Assembly: GCF_054482525.1 (NCBI RefSeq)
Contig: NZ_CM137006.1
Strand: one strand, 5' to 3'
Length of the DNA stretch: 64,000 bases
Of this stretch, positions 10,099-21,741 are shown piece after piece; the stretch's first letter is position 1, and every line of letters begins with the position of its first letter. The notes under the pieces were generated by a model. It saw only the letters and a program-made list of their open reading frames with translations, did no database searches and was not told where the DNA came from. The translations under genes and the position numbers were made by a program.

Positions 10099-11001
10099 CT
10101 AACCACCCGTTTTCAGGCAATATTCGGTCGTAGCGTGGCGTTCGATCCAGCGGATCATTTTACCCGCGATGTCGATACCGGTGGTTTTTTCTATTCCTTC
10201 CAGCCCCGGCGACGCATTCACCTCCATCACCAATGGCCCGCGATTAGCACGCAGAATATCCACACCAGCAACGTCCAGCGCCATCGTTCGCGCGGCTTTT
10301 ATCGCGATTTCACGCTCCTGTGGTGTGATACTGGCGACGCTTGCCGCGCCGCCACGATGCAAATTGGAACGAAAATCGCCCTCTTTCGCCCGCCGTTCAA
10401 TCGCCGCGACCACTTCATCCCCAACAACCAGGCAGCGGATATCGCACCCTTGCGCCTCTTTGATATATTCCTGCACCAGAATATGCGCGTTCAGACCGCG
10501 AAAGGCGTCAATCACGCTTTCCGCCGCCTGACGCGTCTCCGCCAGCACGACACCAATTCCCTGCGTACCTTCAACCAGCTTAACCACCAGCGGCGCACCA
10601 CCGACCATGTCGATTAAATCGCTGGTATCATCCGGCGAATGCGCAATGCCCGTGACAGGCAGGTCGATGCCCTGACGCGCCAGCAGTTGCATGGAACGCA
10701 ATTTGTCACGCGCCCGGGCAATGGCGACCGACTCATTGAGCGGATAGCTCCCCAGCATCTCGAACTGGCGCAGTGCCGCCGTCCCATAAAAGGTAATGGC
10801 GGTGCCAATACGCGGGATCACAGCGTCAAAATGGGGTAACTTGCGGCCTTTGTAGTGAATAGAAGACGCCGCAGGATTTATGTTCATGTAGCAAGAAAGC
10901 GGATCAAGAATTTCAACCAGGTGACCGCGCTGTATAGCGGCTTCACGCAGCCGCTTACACGAATAGAGCGTTCCATCCCGGGACAATATGGCAATTTTCA
11001 C
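10099..11001 (-). CDS. rimK: Ribosomal protein S6 L-glutamate ligase RimK
   Basis: 300-aa ATP-grasp protein. Confidence 0.9.
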   Translation of the reverse strand: MKIAILSRDGTLYSCKRLREAAIQRGHLVEILDPLSCYMNINPAASSIHYKGRKLPHFDAVIPRIGTAITFYGTAALRQFEMLGSYPLNESVAIARARDKLRSMQLLARQGIDLPVTGIAHSPDDTSDLIDMVGGAPLVVKLVEGTQGIGVVLAETRQAAESVIDAFRGLNAHILVQEYIKEAQGCDIRCLVVGDEVVAAIERRAKEGDFRSNLHRGGAASVASITPQEREIAIKAARTMALDVAGVDILRANRGPLVMEVNASPGLEGIEKTTGIDIAGKMIRWIERHATTEYCLKTGG

Positions 11002-11061
11002 CCTGCACCTCTCTGTCAGACCTGGTCAAAAGCCCGCGTATCATACATCGGCGTGGCGGTT

Positions 11062-11784
11062 TTAGCGCGTCGCCCAACCCTGTTTGTGCAAATAATCCAG
11101 TATAAATGGGCGGCTTTCTTTAATGATTGTTCGGCGGATATGATCGCTCCAGGTATCCCGGCGATTATTGCTGCCACGTGTGAGGTAATATTCCGCCAGT
11201 TGTTCGTCATACTGCGCCAGTGCGTCTTTATCCAGCGGTTGATAGTTGTTTTCATGCACCAAAATGGAGGCCGGTAAACGCGGCTTAAGATCCGGATTAT
11301 CCGCAGGCCAGCCAAGGCACAGCCCAAACAGCGGCAGAACATGCTGCGGTAATTTCAGCAGTTCCGTCACCGCTTCAATATTATTGCGCAGGCCGCCGAT
11401 ATATACCCCGCCCAATCCCAGCGATTCCGCTGCGGTTAACGCATTCTGCGCCATCATTGCTGTATCAACGACACCGAGCAACAGTTGCTCCGCCAGGCCA
11501 AGTTGTGCATCCGGACAGATCTGTAAATGGCGGTTAAAGTCGGCACAGAACACCCAGAACTCCGCCGCTTGCGCTACGTGTTTTTGCCCGCCGGTCAGCG
11601 TCACCAGTTCATCACGTAACGCTTTGTCGGTAATGCGAATAATGCTACTGCACTGCAAAAAACTGGAACTGGACGTCGCACGGGCGCTGTTAATAATCGC
11701 CTCACGCTGCGCTTCGGAAATGGGTTCATCAGTGAAATGGCGAATGGAGCGATGGCCACAAATAAGTTCAATGGTTGGCGTCAT
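11062..11784 (-). CDS. nfsA: Oxygen-insensitive NADPH nitroreductase NfsA
   Basis: 240-aa nitroreductase-family ORF. Confidence 0.9.
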   Translation of the reverse strand: MTPTIELICGHRSIRHFTDEPISEAQREAIINSARATSSSSFLQCSSIIRITDKALRDELVTLTGGQKHVAQAAEFWVFCADFNRHLQICPDAQLGLAEQLLLGVVDTAMMAQNALTAAESLGLGGVYIGGLRNNIEAVTELLKLPQHVLPLFGLCLGWPADNPDLKPRLPASILVHENNYQPLDKDALAQYDEQLAEYYLTRGSNNRRDTWSDHIRRTIIKESRPFILDYLHKQGWATR

Positions 11785-12055
11785 TATCTTTTTCTCTTTC
11801 TGAACGTGAATATTGCGGTGGACGGTTCATCAGCTGTGGGGCAAGACGTTTTGCCACCTGAAGAATAACCACCACCGCAGCGGGAAGCATGAGCAAAACA
11901 CCGAGAAAAATCATCAGAATCTGCACTTCTGGCCGAGAAAATGGCTCAGGCAGCGACAGGGAGCCGCTTACCGACAGCAGCGCCACCGCCAGCAACATCA
12001 TTCCGATAAATTCCAGTATCAACACGCTTGTAGGCAATTTACCGATCGCGCGCAT
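11768..12055 (-). CDS. ybjC: Small membrane protein YbjC
   Basis: 95-aa ORF overlapping the nfsA start (ybjC-nfsA operon). Confidence 0.8.
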   Translation of the reverse strand: MRAIGKLPTSVLILEFIGMMLLAVALLSVSGSLSLPEPFSRPEVQILMIFLGVLLMLPAAVVVILQVAKRLAPQLMNRPPQYSRSEREKDNDANH

Positions 12056-12214
12056 ACGCTTCCCTCTGCAAAGTGAGCCTTCAGTCTAAAACTTTTCACT
12101 GTATTGTGTTTAACAGTTATAGCTTTTAGCAATTAATGCAACAGGTTAAACCTACTTTCAGCGAATACATTTTAGCGTGATCATTACAGGCATAAATCTA
12201 TGAGGAGAGAAATA

Positions 12215-12472
12215 ATGCAAACCGTTATTTTTGGTCGTCCGGGTTGCCCTTACTGTGTGCGTGCAAAAGATCTGGCTGAGAAATTGAGCAATGAACGCGA
12301 TAATTTTCAGTATCAGTATGTTGATATTCGTGCGGAAGGGATCACTAAAGAAGATCTACAACAAAAGGCAGGTAAACCCGTAGAAACCGTGCCGCAGATT
12401 TTTGTCGATCAGCAACATATCGGCGGCTATACCGATTTTGCTGCATGGGTGAAAGAGAATCTGGACGCCTGA
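12215..12472 (+). CDS. grxA: Glutaredoxin 1
   Basis: MQTVIFGRPGCPYC... CPYC active site, 85 aa. Confidence 0.92.
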   Translation: MQTVIFGRPGCPYCVRAKDLAEKLSNERDNFQYQYVDIRAEGITKEDLQQKAGKPVETVPQIFVDQQHIGGYTDFAAWVKENLDA

Positions 12473-12501
12473 TCGTCTGACAAGCCCTCGCGTTGAGGGC
12501 T

Positions 12502-12879
12502 TTATTGATTTTTTCTGTGCTGTGGTTTAAACAAACTACTGATAAATAAGAAACACAGTGCCCCCAGCGCACACCAGAACACCGCACTCAATAACCATGC
12601 CAGCTCTTGCCAGAATGAGCGCGTCGGTGAAAAAAACAGCCGCATAATAAGCATTGAACAGGGTGCCGCCAGCATTGCGCCAAACAGAGGTTTCAGGACT
12701 TCTCTACGCTGTGAAAAGAAGCTGGCAACTGCTCCAGGAAGAATGAAAAACAGCAAGCCGATTTCAGGATGCCCGGCAGCCCGAAAAGCGCCTTTCATGT
12801 GCGTCGCCAGAAAAAGGCACACCACAATGAAGAGGACAAAACAGCAGATTGCCCCCGCCCAACGTTGTTTATGTTTCAC
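12502..12879 (-). CDS. ybjM: Inner membrane protein YbjM
   Basis: 125-aa hydrophobic ORF; synteny. Confidence 0.8.
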   Translation of the reverse strand: MKHKQRWAGAICCFVLFIVVCLFLATHMKGAFRAAGHPEIGLLFFILPGAVASFFSQRREVLKPLFGAMLAAPCSMLIMRLFFSPTRSFWQELAWLLSAVFWCALGALCFLFISSLFKPQHRKNQ

Positions 12880-13148
12880 TCGTTCCTCCTGACACTGCGT
12901 CTATCGAACACATTTTTCGCCAGTGTGGCGTTCAGTAAGATAAAGCCGCTTCGCATTCCATGCTAATATAGGCCAACGCAATTCATATAGCCGTTGATAC
13001 CTAATGTGATTACACTAGTAAAATATATTGTTACTTTACTATCGTTTAGGTGCGCTGAATGAATCTGCGCCCTGAATTCTGGTAAAAAACATTATCGTAA
13101 ATTACCATTTCTTTCAACAGCTTACTAGTAAACAAGAAGTTAGCCTCC

Positions 13149-14834
13149 GTGAATATAAACGTCGCCGAATTGTTAAATGGGAATTACATTCTGTTATTAT
13201 TTGTGGTCCTCGCGCTTGGGCTATGTCTCGGAAAGTTACGACTTGGTTCGATCCAACTGGGTAATTCCATTGGCGTTTTAGTCGTATCGCTGTTATTAGG
13301 CCAACAACATTTCAGCATTAACACCGACGCGCTTAATCTTGGCTTTATGCTGTTTATTTTCTGCGTCGGGGTCGAAGCCGGACCGAACTTTTTTTCCATT
13401 TTTTTTCGCGATGGGAAAAATTATCTAATGTTAGCACTGGTGATGGTTGGCAGTGCGCTGGTCATCGCCTTAGGGTTAGGTAAGCTGTTTGGCTGGGATA
13501 TTGGCCTGACGGCCGGTATGTTAGCAGGATCTATGACGTCAACACCGGTTCTGGTCGGTGCTGGCGATACACTGCGTCATTCCGGCATGGAAAGCAGGCA
13601 GCTCTCACTGGCACTGGATAATCTGAGCCTCGGGTATGCCTTAACCTATTTAATCGGTCTGGTGAGTTTGATTGTTGGTGCGCGTTACTTGCCGAAATTG
13701 CAGCATCAGGACTTACAGACCAGCGCCCAGCAAATCGCCCGCGAACGTGGCCTGGACACAGATGCCAACCGTAAGGTTTATTTGCCGGTGATCCGCGCCT
13801 ACCGCGTCGGCCCGGAGCTGGTAGCCTGGACCGACGGCAAAAATCTGCGTGAACTGGGTATTTATCGACAAACCGGCTGCTACATTGAACGTATTCGACG
13901 TAACGGGATTCTGGCAAATCCAGACGGTGATGCCGTGCTACAAATGGGCGATGAAATAGCGTTGGTAGGCTACCCCGACGCCCACGCCCGACTCGATCCC
14001 AGCTTCCGTAACGGCAAAGAAGTTTTCGATCGTGACCTTCTCGACATGCGTATCGTCACTGAAGAAGTGGTCGTTAAAAACCATAACGCTGTTGGCAAAC
14101 GCCTGGCACAACTGAAGTTGACCGATCACGGTTGCTTCCTTAACCGCGTCATTCGTAGCCAGATTGAGATGCCGATAGATGACAACGTCGTGCTTAACAA
14201 AGGTGACGTTTTACAAGTCAGCGGCGATGCCCGTCGCGTAAAAACCATCGCCGATCGCATCGGCTTTATCTCGATTCACAGCCAGGTCACTGACTTGCTG
14301 GCATTCTGCGCCTTCTTTGTTATTGGGCTGATGATCGGGATGATCACCTTCCAGTTCAGCACATTCAGTTTCGGCATGGGGAACGCTGCCGGGTTGTTAT
14401 TCGCCGGAATTATGCTGGGCTTTATGCGTGCTAACCACCCGACCTTCGGTTACATTCCGCAAGGTGCATTAAGCATGGTGAAAGAGTTCGGCTTGATGGT
14501 GTTTATGGCAGGCGTTGGTCTGAGCGCCGGTAGCGGTATTAATAACGGCCTGGGCGCGATTGGCGGTCAGATGTTGATTGCCGGATTGATTGTCAGTCTG
14601 GTGCCCGTGGTTATCTGCTTCTTGTTCGGTGCTTATGTATTGCGAATGAACCGCGCACTGTTGTTTGGCGCAATGATGGGCGCACGCACCTGCGCGCCGG
14701 CAATGGAGATCATCAGTGATACAGCTCGCAGTAACATCCCGGCGCTGGGCTATGCGGGCACCTACGCAATCGCCAACGTCCTGCTGACGCTGGCAGGGAC
14801 AATCATCGTCATGGTATGGCCAGGATTAGGATAA
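13149..14834 (+). CDS. ybjL: Putative transporter YbjL (AAE family, two TrkA-C domains)
   Basis: 561-aa ORF with GTG start; synteny. Confidence 0.85.
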
Positions 14835-14877
14835 AACTGAAGTTGCCCTGAAAATGAAATTTTTTTTTGCACAACCG

Positions 14878-14908
14878 CAGAACTTTTCCGCAGGGCATCA
14901 GTCTTAAT
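14878..14908 (+). promoter_or_regulatory. Candidate sigmaE promoter of rybB
   Basis: -35-like gaactt (14880-14885), 16-nt spacer, -10-like tctta (14902-14906), just upstream of the sRNA 5' end. Confidence 0.5.
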
Positions 14909-14912
14909 TAGT

Positions 14913-14992
14913 GCCACTGCTTTTCTTTGATGTCCCCATTTTGTGGAGCCCATCAACCCCGCCATTTTGGTTCAAGGTTGGTGGGTTTTTTG
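14913..14992 (+). ncRNA. rybB: RybB small RNA (sigmaE-dependent repressor of outer-membrane protein mRNAs)
   Basis: gccactgcttttctttgatgtccccattttgtggagcccatcaacc...ggttggtgggtttttt matches the RybB sequence as I recall it; 3' hairpin plus U tract; lies between ybjL and rcdA as in K-12. Confidence 0.85.
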
Positions 14993-15010
14993 TTGCCTGA
15001 AATTTATCTA

Positions 15011-15547
15011 CTACCCTGCAACCCTCTCAACCATCCTCAAAATCTCCTCGCGCGATAGCGGCTTACGGTCGGTGACAAAATGCAGCGTCATCCCCTCAAT
15101 AAACGCATCAAGCGCGCGTGCGGTTCCGGGTTCAAACCATTGTTCGAGCGTTTGCTGACTGCGCTGCATCCAGTTTTGCATTACCGTTTTTAATAGCGGT
15201 TTTCGGCTAGCCAGCGCGTAGAGCTGGTACATCAGCTCCATGTTATCCGGCGTTGCAACCTGTGAGCTGTATATCATATCGGTGATAGCCTGGCATGCGC
15301 CCGTAGCATCACTAACATCGCTAAAAAATGCCTGATATTGCCGGGACATGATCTCAGTAAAACTGCTGAACGCCTCCAGCAATAACTCATCAATTCCTGA
15401 AAAATAGTAGGTCATCGACCCCAACGGTACCCCGGCAAGGGTAGCAATTTTGCGGTGCGTAACAGCATGTATTCCATAAAGTTTCACCGCCTCCAGCGTG
15501 GCCTGGATAATTTTTTCTCGCCGTTGCGGATCGTTAGCGCGACGCAT
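15011..15547 (-). CDS. rcdA: TetR-family transcriptional regulator RcdA (YbjK)
   Basis: 178 aa from [21 protein letters not shown]; TetR helix-turn-helix. Confidence 0.85.
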   Translation of the reverse strand: MRRANDPQRREKIIQATLEAVKLYGIHAVTHRKIATLAGVPLGSMTYYFSGIDELLLEAFSSFTEIMSRQYQAFFSDVSDATGACQAITDMIYSSQVATPDNMELMYQLYALASRKPLLKTVMQNWMQRSQQTLEQWFEPGTARALDAFIEGMTLHFVTDRKPLSREEILRMVERVAG

Positions 15548-15630
15548 GTCATTTCCTCTCTCTGCAATTGTGTACAAATGTACACAACCTTGCTAATGTT
15601 GTCTTCCCTCTCCTTATTTTGACGTGATCT

Positions 15631-16839
15631 ATGACCGTAAATTCTTCACGTAATGCATTGAAACGCCGAACCTGGGCGCTGTTTATGTTCTTCTTTTTGC
15701 CGGGCCTGTTAATGGCGTCCTGGGCAACCCGTACGCCTGCTATCCGCGATATTCTTTCTGTTTCGATCGCTGAAATGGGCGGAGTCCTCTTTGGTCTGTC
15801 GATCGGTTCAATGAGCGGTATTCTCTGCTCGGCGTGGTTAGTGAAACGCTTTGGCACGCGTAATGTCATCCTGGTCACGATGTCCTGCGCATTGATCGGG
15901 ATGATGATACTAAGTCTGGCACTCTGGCTGACATCGCCCCTGCTCTTCGCGGTTGGTCTCGGCGTCTTTGGGGCAAGTTTTGGTTCTGCGGAAGTGGCGA
16001 TAAACGTTGAAGGTGCTGCCGTTGAGCGAGAAATGAATAAGACGGTTTTGCCGATGATGCACGGTTTTTATAGCCTGGGCACGCTGGCAGGCGCTGGTGT
16101 CGGGATGGCACTGACGGCCTTTGGCGTTCCGGCAACGGTGCACATTTTATTGGCGGCGCTGGTAGGTATCGCGCCTATTTATATCGCCATTCAGGCAATC
16201 CCTGACGGTACGGGCAAAAATGCTGCCGATGGCACCCAGCATGGCGAAAAAGGCGTTCCTTTTTATCGCGATATCCAGTTGCTGCTGATTGGTGTTGTGG
16301 TGCTGGCGATGGCCTTTGCCGAAGGTTCTGCCAACGACTGGTTACCCTTATTAATGGTTGACGGTCACGGTTTTAGCCCTACTTCCGGCTCGCTGATTTA
16401 TGCCGGTTTTACCCTGGGGATGACCGTTGGACGCTTCACTGGCGGTTGGTTCATCGACCGTTACAGTCGCGTTGCCGTGGTTCGGGCCAGTGCACTAATG
16501 GGGGCGTTGGGTATTGGGCTGATTATTTTTGTCGATAGCGCCTGGGTCGCTGGGGTGTCTGTTGTACTCTGGGGACTGGGTGCCTCGCTGGGCTTCCCGC
16601 TGACCATTTCTGCCGCCAGCGATACCGGCCCCGATGCACCAACCCGCGTCAGTGTGGTAGCAACGACCGGTTATCTGGCTTTCCTCGTCGGGCCGCCGCT
16701 GCTGGGCTATCTCGGCGAACATTATGGATTACGTAGTGCAATGCTGGTTGTACTGGCGCTGGTTATTCTCGCGGCTATTGTCGCGAAAGCCGTCGCCAAA
16801 CCCGATACCAAAACGCAGACGGCGATGGAGAATAGTTGA
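15631..16839 (+). CDS. ybjJ: MFS transporter YbjJ
   Basis: 402-aa 12-TM MFS protein. Confidence 0.85.
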
Positions 16840-17654
16840 TGAGCATTAAATTAATTGCGGTAGACATGGATGGTACTTTCTTAAGCGATCAAAAAACCTA
16901 TAACCGTGAGCGGTTTATGGCTCAGTATCAGCAAATGAAAGCACAAGGCATTCGCTTTGTGGTCGCCAGCGGGAATCAATATTATCAGTTGATCTCTTTC
17001 TTTCCGGAAATTGCTAATGAAATAGCCTTTGTGGCTGAAAACGGCGGCTGGGTAGTGAGCGAAGGCAAAGATGTTTTTAATGGCGAGCTGTCGAAGGATG
17101 CGTTTGCTACTGTCGTGGAACATTTGCTGACGCGCCCGGAAGTGGAAATTATTGCCTGCGGAAAAAATAGCGCCTATACCCTCAAAAAATATGACGATGC
17201 CATGAAAACGGTGGCGGAAATGTATTATCACCGTCTGGAATACGTCGATAACTTTGACAACGTAGAAGATATCTTCTTTAAGTTTGGTCTGAATCTTTCC
17301 GATGAACTGATTCCACAAGTACAAAAAGCATTACATGAGGCCATCGGCGATATTATGGTGCCGGTCCACACCGGCAACGGCAGCATCGATCTGATTATCC
17401 CCGGCGTACACAAAGCCAATGGCCTTCGCCAACTGCAGAAATTATGGGGAATAGACGACAGCGAAGTGGTGGTCTTTGGCGATGGCGGTAACGATATTGA
17501 GATGCTGCGTCAGGCAGGCTTTAGTTTTGCAATGGAAAATGCCGGCAGCGCGGTCGTCGCAGCGGCAAAATACCGGGCAGGCTCCAATAACCGTGAAGGC
17601 GTACTGGATGTGATCGATAAAGTTCTTAAACACGAAGCGCCATTTAACCAATAA
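16839..17654 (+). CDS. ybjI: HAD-family phosphatase YbjI (Cof-like)
   Basis: [14 protein letters not shown]... 271 aa; ATG overlaps the ybjJ TGA. Confidence 0.88.
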   Translation: MSIKLIAVDMDGTFLSDQKTYNRERFMAQYQQMKAQGIRFVVASGNQYYQLISFFPEIANEIAFVAENGGWVVSEGKDVFNGELSKDAFATVVEHLLTRPEVEIIACGKNSAYTLKKYDDAMKTVAEMYYHRLEYVDNFDNVEDIFFKFGLNLSDELIPQVQKALHEAIGDIMVPVHTGNGSIDLIIPGVHKANGLRQLQKLWGIDDSEVVVFGDGGNDIEMLRQAGFSFAMENAGSAVVAAAKYRAGSNNREGVLDVIDKVLKHEAPFNQ

Positions 17655-17739
17655 AAACGGCAGCACGCCCGGCAACACAATGCCTGAATGAAGGCTGCAT
17701 AATTCGCGGAAATTAACCCGCTGCATTATTTCAGGCGAA

Positions 17740-18024
17740 ATGATTATGAAAAATTGTCTACTGTTGGGCGCGCTTTTAATGGGCTTTACTGGTGTGGCGA
17801 TGGCGCAAAGTGTCACCGTCGATGTGCCGAGTGGATACAAAGTGGTTGTGGTTCCTGATTCAGTCAGCGTTCCACAAGCGGTCAGCGTCGCGACTGTGCC
17901 GCAAACCGTCTATGTGGCTCCTGCGCCAGCTCCGGCTTACCGCCCGCATCCTTATGTTCGCCATCTTGCCAGCGTCGGTGAAGGGATGGTTATCGAACAC
18001 CAGATTGACGACCATCACCATTAA
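17740..18024 (+). CDS. ybjH: Secreted protein YbjH
   Basis: 94 aa with signal peptide; synteny. Confidence 0.75.
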   Translation: MIMKNCLLLGALLMGFTGVAMAQSVTVDVPSGYKVVVVPDSVSVPQAVSVATVPQTVYVAPAPAPAYRPHPYVRHLASVGEGMVIEHQIDDHHH

Positions 18025-18031
18025 TTCGAGA

Positions 18032-18067
18032 ATGCCTGATCGCACAAAGCAATCAGGCATTTTTTTA
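18032..18067. terminator. Bidirectional terminator between ybjH and mdfA
   Basis: Hairpin atgcctgatcgcacaaagcaatcaggcat plus T run. Confidence 0.7.
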
Positions 18068-19297
18068 CCCTTCGTGCGAATTTCCCATCTGTTTATCTTT
18101 TAAAAAGATAACCATCAGCAACAGCCACAAAATTCCGTTGACAAGGTTGAAGAGATTAAACAGTCCGTTGCCCCCGTTCAGCCAGGCATGTTTGCTGATT
18201 TCAATACCGACGGTAAAGATCAGCATTTGCAGCATCCCCATCGCCGCAGAAACCGTACCTTTACTCATATCGCTGGCAAACAAGGTTAATCGCACCAGTC
18301 CCGCATTCGCCAGACCAATACCGAAAGCATAAATACTTAACCCGGCGGTCATCCATAAATACGCGTGCGATGAGATAACCGTTGCCGCAGCAGCGACCAA
18401 CAGACCAATCATAATCGGCCAGCCGCCCATAATAATCAGCGAACGTACGGTGCGACGCGAGGTCAGACGCGCTAACAGCAAGTTACCCGCAATTAACGCC
18501 CCGAAAATAGGCACTTGCAGCAAGCCATATTCATAGCTGCTCAACTGCTCACCGGTAATGATGATAATCGGCGACTGAGCGATCCACGCCAGCAACGGCA
18601 GGCTAACGAATCCCAGCGCCAGCGCCCCCGCAACAAAGCGACCGTTCTTCAGCACCAGCTTATAGTCACGACCGAGTTCTTTCAGCGACAGTTTCTCGCC
18701 TATACGCGTGGCGGTTTCAGGCATGGCTCGTTGCAGACCGAAAAAGGAGATCGCTGCCAATGCGGCAAACAAGACAAACATCCCTTCCCAGGGCAGCACA
18801 TGGATCCACGCCGCGCCCACCAGCGGGCCAAGTAGTGGAGCAATCAGCGCCACGTTCGCCATCAGCGCGGTGATCTTGATACAAACCGCCTCTTCGAAGG
18901 ATTCCTGAATTGCGGCGTATCCCACAGCGCCAATGAAACAGAGGCTTATGCCCTGCAAGAAGCGCAACAGGGTGAATTGTTCAATGTTTTGCGCCAGTAA
19001 TATTGCCAGACAGGTGATGATAAACCACACCACCCCCGCCAGCATCACCGGACGGCGACCAATACGATCCGACAGCGGCCCCAGGAGCCATTGTAAAAAC
19101 ATCCCGCCCGCCAGATACGCGGTCATCGAAGTAGGAACCCAATCAATGCCCGCCTGATATTGTTCCACCACGGCCAACATACCGGGTTGAATCATATCGT
19201 TGCCGATATAGGTTGAAAATTCGTAAAGCACCAGACAGAGAGGGAAAAGTAACGCCTGACGTCCAAGCCTGGCACCGGAAGCTAATTTATTTTGCAT
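18065..19297 (-). CDS. mdfA: Multidrug efflux MFS transporter MdfA (Cmr)
   Basis: 410 aa from [12 protein letters not shown]. Confidence 0.9.
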   Translation of the reverse strand: MQNKLASGARLGRQALLFPLCLVLYEFSTYIGNDMIQPGMLAVVEQYQAGIDWVPTSMTAYLAGGMFLQWLLGPLSDRIGRRPVMLAGVVWFIITCLAILLAQNIEQFTLLRFLQGISLCFIGAVGYAAIQESFEEAVCIKITALMANVALIAPLLGPLVGAAWIHVLPWEGMFVLFAALAAISFFGLQRAMPETATRIGEKLSLKELGRDYKLVLKNGRFVAGALALGFVSLPLLAWIAQSPIIIITGEQLSSYEYGLLQVPIFGALIAGNLLLARLTSRRTVRSLIIMGGWPIMIGLLVAAAATVISSHAYLWMTAGLSIYAFGIGLANAGLVRLTLFASDMSKGTVSAAMGMLQMLIFTVGIEISKHAWLNGGNGLFNLFNLVNGILWLLLMVIFLKDKQMGNSHEG

Positions 19298-19581
19298 GCA
19301 ATTTCTTCGCCAATAATAATCGCGCAAAGTTTAATAAAAGCGCAGCTAACGAGAAAGCGAATTTTGTAGCTGAAACCACGGTTAAGCACATTCTTACATT
19401 ATCGCGAGTATAGCTACGCTTTCTTTAAGTTTTATTTAACCTATGCCCGTTACAATCACCCACCGTAAACAGGCCGCTTGAGGGAAATAAGACGATGCCG
19501 CTTTACCCAGTTTAACCTGCACTTTATTCTCAACGACTTGCCTGTATTGGCTCCCTTTTAATCACTTTGCGTCGGGAAGTT

Positions 19582-20178
19582 ATGCTGGAAAATTTGAATC
19601 TCTCTCTATTCTCTCTTATTAACGCGACGCCAGACTCTGCGCCGTGGATGATCTCGTTGGCGATTTTTATTGCTAAAGATTTGATTACCGTGGTGCCGTT
19701 GCTGGCCGCGGTACTTTGGCTGTGGGGGCTTACAGCACAACGGCAACTGGTGATAAAAATCGCTATCGCGCTGGCGGTCAGCCTGTTTGTGTCCTGGACG
19801 ATGGGGCATCTTTTTCCGCACGACCGACCCTTTGTCGAAAATATCGGCTATAACTTCCTGCATCATGCGGCGGATGACTCATTCCCGAGCGATCACGGTA
19901 CGGTGATTTTCACCTTTGCACTGGCATTTTTATGCTGGCATCGCCTGTGGTCCGGCTCACTTTTAATGGTGCTGGCCGTCGTCATTGCCTGGTCGCGCGT
20001 TTATCTTGGCGTCCACTGGCCGCTGGATATGCTCGGTGGATTGCTGGCAGGTATGATTGGCTGCCTTAGCGCCCAGATTATCTGGCAAGCGATGGGGCAT
20101 AAACTCTATCAACGTCTGCAATCGTGGTATCGCTTCTGTTTTGCATTACCGATCCGCAAAGGCTGGGTGCGTGACTGA
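19582..20178 (+). CDS. ybjG: Undecaprenyl-diphosphate phosphatase YbjG (PAP2 family)
   Basis: 198 aa from MLENLNLSLF; PAP2 motifs (PSDH, SRVYLGVHWP). Confidence 0.88.
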   Translation: MLENLNLSLFSLINATPDSAPWMISLAIFIAKDLITVVPLLAAVLWLWGLTAQRQLVIKIAIALAVSLFVSWTMGHLFPHDRPFVENIGYNFLHHAADDSFPSDHGTVIFTFALAFLCWHRLWSGSLLMVLAVVIAWSRVYLGVHWPLDMLGGLLAGMIGCLSAQIIWQAMGHKLYQRLQSWYRFCFALPIRKGWVRD

Positions 20179-20235
20179 TCTCTGCTAAAAAGTGTAGTAT
20201 TGAGCGGCTCGCTTCAATAACTATTCAGAGGGATT

Positions 20236-20994
20236 ATGGAAACACGTCGCGAAGAGCGTATCGGGCAGCTGCTGCAAGAATTAAAACGCAGCGATAAGTT
20301 ACATCTTAAAGACGCCGCCGCCCTGCTTGGGGTTTCGGAGATGACGATTCGTCGCGATCTGAACAACCACAGTGCGCCCGTCGTTTTGCTCGGCGGCTAT
20401 ATTGTTCTGGAACCGCGCAGCGCCAGCCATTACCTGTTAAGCGATCAAAAATCCCGCCTGGTGGAAGAAAAACGCCGGGCGGCAAAACTGGCTGCGACGC
20501 TGGTAGAACCCGATCAGACCCTCTTTTTTGACTGTGGCACCACCACGCCGTGGATTATTGAAGCGATTGATAATGAAATCCCTTTCACCGCCGTTTGTTA
20601 TTCGCTAAATACCTTTCTGGCACTGAAAGAGAAACCCCATTGCCGCGCGTTTCTTTGCGGTGGTGAATTTCACGCCAGCAACGCCATTTTCAAACCCATC
20701 GATTTTCAGCAAACGCTGAATAATTTTTGCCCGGATATCGCTTTTTATTCCGCTGCGGGCGTGCATGTCAGTAAAGGCGCTACCTGCTTTAATCTTGAAG
20801 AGTTGCCGGTAAAACACTGGGCCATGTCGATGGCGCAAAAGCATGTGCTGGTTGTCGACCACAGTAAATTTGGCAAGGTGCGTCCGGCGCGCATGGGTGA
20901 CCTGAAACGCTTTGATATTGTTGTGAGCGATTGTTGCCCGGAAGATGAGTATGTGAAGTACGCGCAGACGCAGCGTATTAAGTTGATGTATTAA
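20236..20994 (+). CDS. deoR: Deoxyribose operon repressor DeoR
   Basis: 252 aa; DeoR-type N-terminal helix-turn-helix. Confidence 0.9.
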   Translation: METRREERIGQLLQELKRSDKLHLKDAAALLGVSEMTIRRDLNNHSAPVVLLGGYIVLEPRSASHYLLSDQKSRLVEEKRRAAKLAATLVEPDQTLFFDCGTTTPWIIEAIDNEIPFTAVCYSLNTFLALKEKPHCRAFLCGGEFHASNAIFKPIDFQQTLNNFCPDIAFYSAAGVHVSKGATCFNLEELPVKHWAMSMAQKHVLVVDHSKFGKVRPARMGDLKRFDIVVSDCCPEDEYVKYAQTQRIKLMY

Positions 20995-21004
20995 CAACGA
21001 ATAA

Positions 21005-21716
21005 ATATCCTCCGGCATAGCCGGAGGTTTTTCAAATGCGCCTATAAGGCTCTCTTACCAGCCGCGCCCTAACAGGCGCACACGATCTGACATTTGCATC
21101 CAACTTCGTTACTTACGGCCCGTAAACGGGCTGCCCGGATAGGGAATCGATAACTGCTCTCCCATTTTATCCTCTTCAAGCTGGTGCTTTATGTAATCCT
21201 GTATCTTCGCCGTGTTCTTACCCACCGTATCGACGTAGTACCCTCTGCACCAGAACTCCCTGTTCCTGTATTTGAATTTCAAATCACCAAACTGCTCGTA
21301 AAGCATCAGACTGCTTTTCCCTTTCAGATATCCCATAAAGCCGGATACGCTCATTTTGGGCGGGATCTCCACAAGCATATGGATATGATCTGCACAGCAT
21401 TCAGCTTCCAGAATCCGTACACTTTTCCACTCACACAGCTTTCTCAAAATACTGCCTATTGCTCTACGCTTCTCTCTGTAGAACACCTGTCTTCGGTATT
21501 TTGGCGCAAAAACTATGTGATATTTACAGTTCCATCGGGTGTGCGCTAAGCTCTTTTCGTTCCCCATTGGGACCCCCTTTTGATTTCTTGTTTGACACTT
21601 GCAGTTGCCAGACCGCAAGGTGTTTTAACAAATCAAAAGGGGTTTTAATAACTGGCTTAAAGCTGAAAGCTTTCCGGAACCCCCAGCCTAGCTGGGGGTT
21701 TTCTGTGCACAATAAC
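21005..21716 (-). mobile_element. IS200 insertion sequence (IS200/IS605 family); ends approximate
   Basis: Encodes an IS200 TnpA; upstream of tnpA lie a perfect palindrome (aacccccagcctagctgggggtt, 21678-21699) and a second stem-loop over the ribosome-binding site; fills almost the whole deoR-dacC intergenic space. Confidence 0.8.
21109..21567 (-). CDS. tnpA: IS200 transposase TnpA (HUH/Y1 single-strand transposase)
   Basis: MGNEKSLAHTRWNCKYHIVFAPKYRR...HIHMLVEIPPK... 152 aa, intact. Confidence 0.92.
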   Translation of the reverse strand: MGNEKSLAHTRWNCKYHIVFAPKYRRQVFYREKRRAIGSILRKLCEWKSVRILEAECCADHIHMLVEIPPKMSVSGFMGYLKGKSSLMLYEQFGDLKFKYRNREFWCRGYYVDTVGKNTAKIQDYIKHQLEEDKMGEQLSIPYPGSPFTGRK

Positions 21717-21741
21717 CGGATGACGTTTCGCGCCATCCGGC
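21717..21741 (-). terminator. Likely dacC terminator hairpin
   Basis: ccggatgacgtttcgcgccatccgg stem-loop just downstream of the dacC stop, abutting the IS200 end. Confidence 0.5.
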
